Source: Actinomycetota bacterium
GTDB lineage: Bacteria > Actinomycetota > UBA4738 > HRBIN12
Assembly (NCBI GenBank): GCA_039933515.1
Contig: JBDTNY010000129.1
Location: 9,254-73,253, forward strand
Length of the DNA: 64,000 bases
Reading direction: 5' to 3'
The first letter of the stretch is position 1; every line of letters begins with the position of its first letter. This document shows, in pieces, positions 57,894-64,000 of this stretch. Under the pieces are notes generated by a model. It ran no database searches. It was not told the DNA's origin and saw nothing but the letters and a program-made list of their open reading frames with translations. The position numbers and the translations under genes are program-made.

Positions 57894-58041
57894 CGTTTGA
57901 ATCTCCGTTCAATGTCAGGGTGGCCGAGGGTACACCCCCTCAGCCCGCAACCGGAAATCGAGCGAAGCCCCCCCCACGAAAGCTGCAACGTTCGGGCGGG
58001 TTCGCGAGACCATGAGAGGTCACCGACCAGGAAGGGAAGAG

Positions 58042-58563
58042 ATGACCACTGAGATCGCGACCTTCGGCGCCGGGTGCTTCTGGGGCGTCGAATACATCTA
58101 TCTGAAGGTGCCCGGCGTGACCGACGTCGTGAGCGGCTACAGCGGGGGCATCGTGCCCGACGCGAGCTACCGCGAAGTGTGCACCGGCAAGACCGGCCAT
58201 GCCGAGGTCGTCCAGGTGAGCTTCGATCCATCCATCGTGACCTACGAACAGCTCCTCGAGGTCTTCTGGGCGATGCACGACCCGACGCAGGTGGATCGCC
58301 AGGGCCCCGACCGCGGCACCCAGTACCGCAGCGCGATCTTCACGCACTCCGACGAACAGCGCGATGCGGCGACCGCGTCGCGAGATCGGGCGCAGCCACG
58401 GTTCTCGGCGCCGATCGCGACGGAGATCACCGACTTCGGGGCCTTCTACCCGGCCGAGGATTATCACCAGCGCTACTACGACAAGACCGGCCATCAGCCC
58501 TACTGCCACGCGATCCCGCCGAACCTTCTGCGCGACCTGGGGCTCGTGCCCGCGGCGAGCTAG
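58042..58563 (+). CDS. msrA: peptide-methionine (S)-S-oxide reductase
   Basis: Sequence reads [12 protein letters not shown]...[12 protein letters not shown]...[13 protein letters not shown]...YHQRY. Confidence 0.95.
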   Translation: MTTEIATFGAGCFWGVEYIYLKVPGVTDVVSGYSGGIVPDASYREVCTGKTGHAEVVQVSFDPSIVTYEQLLEVFWAMHDPTQVDRQGPDRGTQYRSAIFTHSDEQRDAATASRDRAQPRFSAPIATEITDFGAFYPAEDYHQRYYDKTGHQPYCHAIPPNLLRDLGLVPAAS

Positions 58564-59006
58564 GACCCGACCGGCGGATCCACGATCGGCGCCACCTTGT
58601 GGGAGCCGTCACACATGGGCTGGCACGCCGACGCGCCGCAGCGGCAGAGCGAGCGCCGGCCAGCGTTGGCTGGCACGCGCTCGCCGTCGGCGCCGATGGT
58701 CTCCACGTCGCCGGAGACCCGGACCGGTCCGTTCGCCTTCAGCGCCACGCAAGCGATCGCGGGGTCAGGCACGTCCCAGGTCGGGAGCTTCTCGAGCTCC
58801 CGAGTGGGTGCCGCTTCCTCGAAGCAGCGGTACGGCGCCTCGCGTTCGCAGAACGGCATCGTCGAGGAACGGCCGCACCGACAGAGCGAGAAGGTCGCGC
58901 CGGGCGCGAGATCAGGTCCGAGCACCTGCCCCGAGATCCGGCGAAGCGCAAGACCGCGGACCAGGATCGGTCCGCCTCGCACGATCTCGACCGCGCGCTC
59001 GCTCAC
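58560..59006 (-). CDS. CDGSH iron-sulfur domain protein (one canonical, one degenerate motif)
   Basis: GTG start with GTGA overlap to the upstream gene. [16 protein letters not shown] is canonical. [18 protein letters not shown] lacks the His. Confidence 0.75.
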   Translation of the reverse strand: MSERAVEIVRGGPILVRGLALRRISGQVLGPDLAPGATFSLCRCGRSSTMPFCEREAPYRCFEEAAPTRELEKLPTWDVPDPAIACVALKANGPVRVSGDVETIGADGERVPANAGRRSLCRCGASACQPMCDGSHKVAPIVDPPVGS

Positions 59007-59680
59007 GGGTCGGTGAACCCGATGGACTTGTGAGTCCCGTCGCAGAACGGTTTGTTGGCCGACCGGCCACACCGGCAGAGGGTGACGCGGTTGCGCACCT
59101 CGTAGGCCTCGCCGTCGGGGCCGACCACGGGCACGCCGCCCCGCACCCAGATCGGTCCGTCGTCGGAGACCGCGACGCTCGCCTCGAAAACCGGTTCGAC
59201 GTCGTCGGATCCGGCCTCGGGAGCCCAGGTCAGGGTGCCCGACGGACACAGCTCGACCATGCGCGTGAGGCGGGCACGGATCTCTGGGTCAGCCGTCTCC
59301 CCGAGCATCCGCCACACGTTCGTGATGCGATCGCCGCAGTACCCGGCGTGCGTACACAGCGAGTGATCGTCTCCCATCACGACCTCGCTCCCCTGGAACC
59401 GCCGCGCGCGTCCGGCCCGCGGGCCGGTGTCTGCCGAGACCGACGGATCCCAGTCGGCGGTCTCGTGGGAGTCATCGCAGAACGGCTTCGTCGACGAGGA
59501 CCCGCACCGGCAGAGCCGGACCACCGGACCGTCGACGGGGTGCGCCTCGACCGGCGCCCAGTCGACCGGTTCTCCGTACTCGGTCTCGATCTGGTGCGTA
59601 CGCCCGATGGGGAGCCCGACGACCTCGTATGGACCGTCGGGCGTCACCCTGATCTCCGGCTGCTGGTCTGGCTCCTCCAT
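59003..59680 (-). CDS. CDGSH iron-sulfur protein with central divergent 4Fe-4S mono-cluster-like domain
   Basis: CRCGSSSTKPFCDDSH and CRCGRSANKPFCDGTH flank CTHAGYCGD...CPSG. Confidence 0.75.
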   Translation of the reverse strand: MEEPDQQPEIRVTPDGPYEVVGLPIGRTHQIETEYGEPVDWAPVEAHPVDGPVVRLCRCGSSSTKPFCDDSHETADWDPSVSADTGPRAGRARRFQGSEVVMGDDHSLCTHAGYCGDRITNVWRMLGETADPEIRARLTRMVELCPSGTLTWAPEAGSDDVEPVFEASVAVSDDGPIWVRGGVPVVGPDGEAYEVRNRVTLCRCGRSANKPFCDGTHKSIGFTDP

Positions 59681-59724
59681 CGAGCGTCTAGCATCGCAGC
59701 ATCTAAGCGCCCGGGGGAAGCACG

Positions 59725-60108
59725 ATGGAAACGTTCGCCATCACGATCGATCGCGGAGCCGTCGAGCCGGCATCCGCCCAGCTGAAGGCCGCGCTGCGTC
59801 GTCTGATCGATACCGGCGTCATCGAGCCCGGCGACCGCCTACCGACCGTGCGCGCTTTCGCCGACCGTCTCCTCCTGGCACCGAACACGGTCGCGCGCGC
59901 CTATCGCGAGCTCGAGCACGAGGCGTACCTCGTCGGGCGCGGCCGGGCGGGCACCTTCGTGGCGCCGAAGCCACCGCGCGCGCAACGGGAGCCGGACCTG
60001 GACGACCTCGCCGTCGGGTACCTGGCACGTACCTGCGCGATCGGGGTGGACGCCGACGAGGCCGTCGATGCGGTGCGGCGTGTGGCATCGCAGCACCCCC
60101 CCGCCTGA
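59725..60108 (+). CDS. GntR family transcriptional regulator (short, YtrA-like)
   Basis: The wHTH reads GDRLPTVRAFADRLLLAPNTVARAYRELEHEAYLVGRGRAGTFV. It is 127 aa. Confidence 0.85.
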   Translation: METFAITIDRGAVEPASAQLKAALRRLIDTGVIEPGDRLPTVRAFADRLLLAPNTVARAYRELEHEAYLVGRGRAGTFVAPKPPRAQREPDLDDLAVGYLARTCAIGVDADEAVDAVRRVASQHPPA

Positions 60109-60179
60109 GCGCACCTCGTATCGCGGAACTCCCCGCGCATGCGCCGCCCCCATAGCCCTCGCCTCTATACTCCGAACAC

Positions 60180-62216
60180 ATGTTCGGAGACCTGAACGAC
60201 GCGCAGCGCTTGGCCGTCACGCACGGCGACGGTCCCCTGCTCATCGTGGCGGGCGCCGGCACCGGCAAGACCACGACCCTCGCGGCGCGCGTCGCGTGGC
60301 TCGTCGAGCAGGGCGTTCGTCCCGAGCGCACGCTGCTCCTCACGTTCAGCCGGCGTGCCTCGCGGGAGATGCTCTCGCGGGCCGAGCGGTTGTCCGGGGC
60401 GCGCGACACCGGCCGGGTCGTTGGCGGCACGTTCCACGCGGTGGCGAACCGGCTGCTGCGGCTCCACGGGCGACCGCTCGGCCTGCGTCCCGACTTCACG
60501 GTGCTCGACCAAGCCGACGCCGCCGACGTGATGAACCTGCTGCGAGACGAGCTCGGGTTCAGCGCCCGCGAGCGACGCTTCCCCCGCAAGGAGACCCTCG
60601 CGGGCATCTACTCCAGGACCGTGAATGCCGGCGAGAAGCTCGGCGACGTCCTGAAACGCCACTATCCGTGGTGCCTCGAGGAAGCCGAGGGGATCCGCGA
60701 GATCTTCCAGGCGTACACGACCCGCAAGCGCGCGCAGAACGTCCTGGATTACGACGACCTGCTGCTGTTCTGGAAGGCCCTCGCCTGGAGCGACGCGACG
60801 CGGGAACCGCTCGCCGCGATGTTCGACCACGTGCTCGTCGACGAGTACCAAGATACGAACGCGCTGCAGGCCGACATCCTCGCGGGGCTGCGGCCCGAGG
60901 GCACGCCGCGCAACCTCACCGTGGTGGGTGACGATGCGCAGTCGATCTACGGGTTCCGCTCGGCGACCGTCCGCAACATCTTGGAGTTCCCCGACCGGTT
61001 CCCCGGCGCGACGGTGGTCAAGCTCGAGCAGAACTACCGCTCGACCTCGCCGATCCTCGAAGCCTCGAACGCGGTGATCGCGCTGAGCCCGCAGCGCCAC
61101 GAGAAGACCTTGTGGGGCGAGCGGCCCGGCGCACGCGTCCCCACGCTACGGACCTGCCTCGACGAGGCGGAGCAGTGCGACGCGGTCTGCCGCTCCGTGC
61201 TCGCCCACCGCGAGGAGGGCGTGCCGCTCAAGGAACAGGCGGTCTTGTTCCGCACCGGCCACCACAGCGATCTGCTCGAGGTCGAGCTCGCGCGCCGCAA
61301 CATCCCGTTCGTGAAGTTCGGCGGCCTGAAGTTCATGGAGGCCGCGCACGTCAAGGACACGCTCGCGCTGCTGCGCGTGCTCGAGAACCCGTTCGACGAG
61401 ATCAGCTGGTTCCGCGTGCTGCAGCTCCCCGACGGGATGGGCCCGGCGACCGCGCGGCGCCTGATGGACCGGCTCCAGGTGCGTCGGGTCGGCGACGAGC
61501 AGCGCTCCCCTCTCGCCACGTTCCTCGAGGAGCCGCTCGAGGTTCCCAAGGCCGCCGCCCACGGCATCCGCGAGCTCCGGAGCGCGTTCGCAGGGTGTGC
61601 CGACGAAACGCTGCTCACCCCCGCCGGACAGGTGGAACGACTCCGCACGTTCCTCGAGCCGGTCTTCGCGAAGCGGTACGAGGCGCCGGCGGCCCGACTC
61701 GCTGACCTCGACCAGCTCGCGCTGCTCGCCACCGGGTACGAGGCCCGAGGGCGGTTCCTGAGCGAGCTCACGCTCGATCCTCCGTCGTCGACCGGAGACC
61801 TCGCTGGCCCACCGCTCCTCGACGAGGACTATCTGGTGCTCTCGACCATCCATAGCGCGAAGGGGCTGGAGTGGGACGTCGTGCACGTGATCCACGCGGC
61901 CGACGGCATGATCCCCTCAGACATGGCCACAGGCGACGACGACGAGATCGAGGAGGAGCGACGCCTGCTGTATGTGGCGCTCACCCGTCCGCGCGACGCC
62001 CTCCACGTGTACATGCCGATGCGCTACTACCGCCGGCCCCGCGGGCTCGAGGACCCGCACTCGTACGCGCAGCTGTCGCGGTTCCTGGCGCCCGAGGAGG
62101 TGCGCGCGCGGTTCGAGGCGATCGCACCGGCCACCGGCCCCGAGCCCGCCGGCGTGGTCGACCTCACCGGCACCGCCGACGTGGATGCATTCCTCGCCGA
62201 CCTCTGGACGGAGTGA
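60180..62216 (+). CDS. UvrD/Rep/PcrA-family ATP-dependent DNA helicase
   Basis: Sequence reads LNDAQRLAV...VAGAGTGKTTTL...VDEYQDTN...GDDAQSIYGFR...NYRS...IHSAKGLEWD...LLYVALTR. Confidence 0.92.
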   Translation: MFGDLNDAQRLAVTHGDGPLLIVAGAGTGKTTTLAARVAWLVEQGVRPERTLLLTFSRRASREMLSRAERLSGARDTGRVVGGTFHAVANRLLRLHGRPLGLRPDFTVLDQADAADVMNLLRDELGFSARERRFPRKETLAGIYSRTVNAGEKLGDVLKRHYPWCLEEAEGIREIFQAYTTRKRAQNVLDYDDLLLFWKALAWSDATREPLAAMFDHVLVDEYQDTNALQADILAGLRPEGTPRNLTVVGDDAQSIYGFRSATVRNILEFPDRFPGATVVKLEQNYRSTSPILEASNAVIALSPQRHEKTLWGERPGARVPTLRTCLDEAEQCDAVCRSVLAHREEGVPLKEQAVLFRTGHHSDLLEVELARRNIPFVKFGGLKFMEAAHVKDTLALLRVLENPFDEISWFRVLQLPDGMGPATARRLMDRLQVRRVGDEQRSPLATFLEEPLEVPKAAAHGIRELRSAFAGCADETLLTPAGQVERLRTFLEPVFAKRYEAPAARLADLDQLALLATGYEARGRFLSELTLDPPSSTGDLAGPPLLDEDYLVLSTIHSAKGLEWDVVHVIHAADGMIPSDMATGDDDEIEEERRLLYVALTRPRDALHVYMPMRYYRRPRGLEDPHSYAQLSRFLAPEEVRARFEAIAPATGPEPAGVVDLTGTADVDAFLADLWTE

Positions 62217-62232
62217 CGCTACGCTGGGGGGC

Positions 62233-62895
62233 ATGTCCCAGCCCGACGCTGTGCTGCTCGATCTCTACGACACGCTCGTGTGGAGCGATTGGTGGGGGTG
62301 GCAGGAACGGCTGGCCGGCGAGCTGGGCGTCACCCATGAAGCCGTCGGACGGGCGTTCGATCTGACGCGCCCCGCGCGGTCGACAGGTGCGTACACCGAC
62401 GCCGACGACGACCTCGCGTCGGTGATCCGGGCCGCCGGTCTCGAGCCTGTCCCGGCGCTGGTCCGGCATCTGCGCGAGCTCGAGCACGCCCACATCGAGG
62501 AGGGCGGCGTGAGGCTCTACGACGATGCGCTGCCGGTGGTGCGCGAGCTCCGCGCCCGAGGCGTGAAGACCGCGCTCGTGAGCAATTGCTCGCACAACAC
62601 CCGGCCGCTCATCGAGCGGCTCGGTCTCGACGACGAGTTCGACGCGGTGATCCTGTCGGTCGAGGTGCGCGCGATGAAGCCCGACCCCGCGATCTACCGG
62701 ATCACGCTCGATCGGCTCGGCGTGACGGACCCGACGCGTGCGGTGTTCGTCGACGACCAGACGGCGTACTGCGACGGCGCCTCAGAGGTGGGCATGTGGA
62801 CCTACCTGATCCTGCGTCCGGAAGAGGCGGCCGAGGGGCGCCCCGCCAACGTGGAGGCCTACCGCACGATCGACACGCTCACCTCGCTGCTCTGA
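62233..62895 (+). CDS. HAD-IA family hydrolase
   Basis: Internal ATG (MSQPDAVLLDLYDTLV). Motifs SNCS, KPDPAIY and FVDD are present. Confidence 0.8.
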   Translation: MSQPDAVLLDLYDTLVWSDWWGWQERLAGELGVTHEAVGRAFDLTRPARSTGAYTDADDDLASVIRAAGLEPVPALVRHLRELEHAHIEEGGVRLYDDALPVVRELRARGVKTALVSNCSHNTRPLIERLGLDDEFDAVILSVEVRAMKPDPAIYRITLDRLGVTDPTRAVFVDDQTAYCDGASEVGMWTYLILRPEEAAEGRPANVEAYRTIDTLTSLL

Positions 62896-62896
62896 G

Positions 62897-63595
62897 TCAC
62901 ACCGAGAGGAAGAGCAGGAGGATCGCGAGGTAGAACGAGGCCGCGGCCGCGATCGTGAAGACGTGCCAGACCTCGTGGAAACCGAACCACTCCGGCCACG
63001 GGTCGGGACGGTGCGTCGCGAACACGATGGCGCCGATCGTGTAGAGCACACCTCCCCCCACCACGAGCACCATGCCGATGTCCGACATCGCCCGGGCGAG
63101 CGCCGGCAAGATGAAGATCGCCACCCAGCCGAGGCCGATGTACATGATGCCCGACAAGACGTGCAGGTCGACGCGGTACATCTTGGTCACGATGCCCACA
63201 GCCGCCCCGGCCCAGACGAAGGTCAGAACGGCCCACGCCGTCATCCCGTGGAGGGCGACGACACACATCGGGGTGTAGGTGCCCGCGATCAGCACGAAGA
63301 TCATCGAGTGGTCGAGGCGTCGCATCCGGGCGTACGCGGCTTCGGTCCAGCCGCCCACGTGATACATCGCGCTCGCGCCGAACTGGAGCTGCAACGCGCT
63401 CCAGTAGACGATCGCGGCGATACGAGCGGCGGCGCCCGGCGCGACCCAAGCCAGCACGAGCCCCGCCGGTAGCGACGCGAAGAACGCCCCCTGGTGGAAG
63501 CGACCGCGCAGCCGGGGCTTCATCAGGAGGTGGCGTGGAACCGCGTTCGTGTCGGTCACCCCACCAGCGTAGATGCCGGACGCCGGGACCGGCAT
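62897..63595 (-). CDS. hemolysin III / PAQR family membrane protein
   Basis: Internal ATG 63595 of track ORF 62897..63937. Motifs: RGRFHQGAF, RLDHSMIF, HEVWHVF. Seven TM segments. Confidence 0.85.
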   Translation of the reverse strand: MPVPASGIYAGGVTDTNAVPRHLLMKPRLRGRFHQGAFFASLPAGLVLAWVAPGAAARIAAIVYWSALQLQFGASAMYHVGGWTEAAYARMRRLDHSMIFVLIAGTYTPMCVVALHGMTAWAVLTFVWAGAAVGIVTKMYRVDLHVLSGIMYIGLGWVAIFILPALARAMSDIGMVLVVGGGVLYTIGAIVFATHRPDPWPEWFGFHEVWHVFTIAAAASFYLAILLLFLSV

Positions 63596-63607
63596 AGACT
63601 CGCACCC

Positions 63608-64000
63608 GTGACGCGGCACAAGTTTCCGAAGAAGGTCTACGAGCCAGAGCTCTTCCGCCTGCAGGAGCAACTCGTGCGGATGGAGCAATGGGTGGCCGAC
63701 ACGGGCGCCCGCATCGTCGTGATCTTCGAGGGCCGCGACGCGGCCGGCAAGGGCGGCACGATCAAGCGCATGACCGAGCACATGAACCCGCGCATCACGC
63801 GGCACGTGGCGCTCCCCAAGCCCACCGAGCGGCAGGCCTCGCAGTGGTACTTCCAGCGATATGTCGAGGAGCTCCCCGCCGCGGGCGAGATCGTGTTGTT
63901 CGATCGTAGTTGGTACAACCGCGCCGGGATCGAGCACGTCCTCGGGTTCTGCACGGCCGAGGAGTACTACCGGTTCCTCCGTCAGTGCCCCATCTTCGAA
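63608..64000 (+). CDS. ppk2: polyphosphate kinase 2 (gene continues past right edge of window)
   Basis: Absent from the ORF track because there is no stop in the window. My translation from GTG 63608 reads ...VIFEGRDAAGKGGTIKRM...SQWYFQRY...LFDRSWYNRAGIEHV.... Confidence 0.85.
   Translation, partial: MTRHKFPKKVYEPELFRLQEQLVRMEQWVADTGARIVVIFEGRDAAGKGGTIKRMTEHMNPRITRHVALPKPTERQASQWYFQRYVEELPAAGEIVLFDRSWYNRAGIEHVLGFCTAEEYYRFLRQCPIFE

Noticed and set aside
57897-57912. TTGAA-N6-TTCAA inverted repeat upstream of the CrtI-like gene
   Set aside because: It is only 5 bp per arm and coincides with the ribosome-binding region, so it is not distinguishable from chance.

Overview
Very GC-rich, gene-dense chromosomal segment with actinobacterial-type synteny: dnaX-recR, tadA beside tRNA-Ser genes, leuCD with a divergent IclR regulator, and hemA-hemC-hemD-hemB-hemL. 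The lineage guess (possibly a deep-branching Actinomycetota) is inference only. I call about 60 CDS, four tRNAs (Ser-GGA, Ser-CGA, Arg-ACG, Ser-GCU) and one 271-nt large-type SRP RNA. I also call several -10 promoter boxes, two operator-like palindromes, one strong hairpin terminator and one perfect hexanucleotide tandem repeat inside a gene. Many long ORFs in the supplied track are Arg/Pro/Gly-rich antisense or out-of-frame artefacts of the GC content; I kept only frames with protein-like composition and recognisable motifs. Two real genes touch the window edges and are absent from the track: an S9 peptidase at the left edge and PPK2 at the right edge. I saw no transposase, integrase, phage gene, CRISPR array or recognisable defence system. 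The best candidate for something undescribed is a co-directional minus-strand cluster at 34.6-42.7 kb. It encodes a tandem SagB/ThcOx-like oxidoreductase, a 924-aa double-FtsX permease, a single-chain twin-NBD ATPase, an MFS transporter and an aldo/keto reductase, with no YcaO gene or precursor peptide. Other points worth a second look are the Alu-domain SRP RNA upstream of dnaX and a structured leader upstream of dacB with partial c-di-AMP (ydaO) riboswitch resemblance. Also notable are a PknD-like cyclase-TM-propeller receptor, two ECF sigma modules with unusual partners, and a shared promoter block in front of all three tRNA-Ser genes. All functional calls rest on motif recognition by eye; no database search was run.
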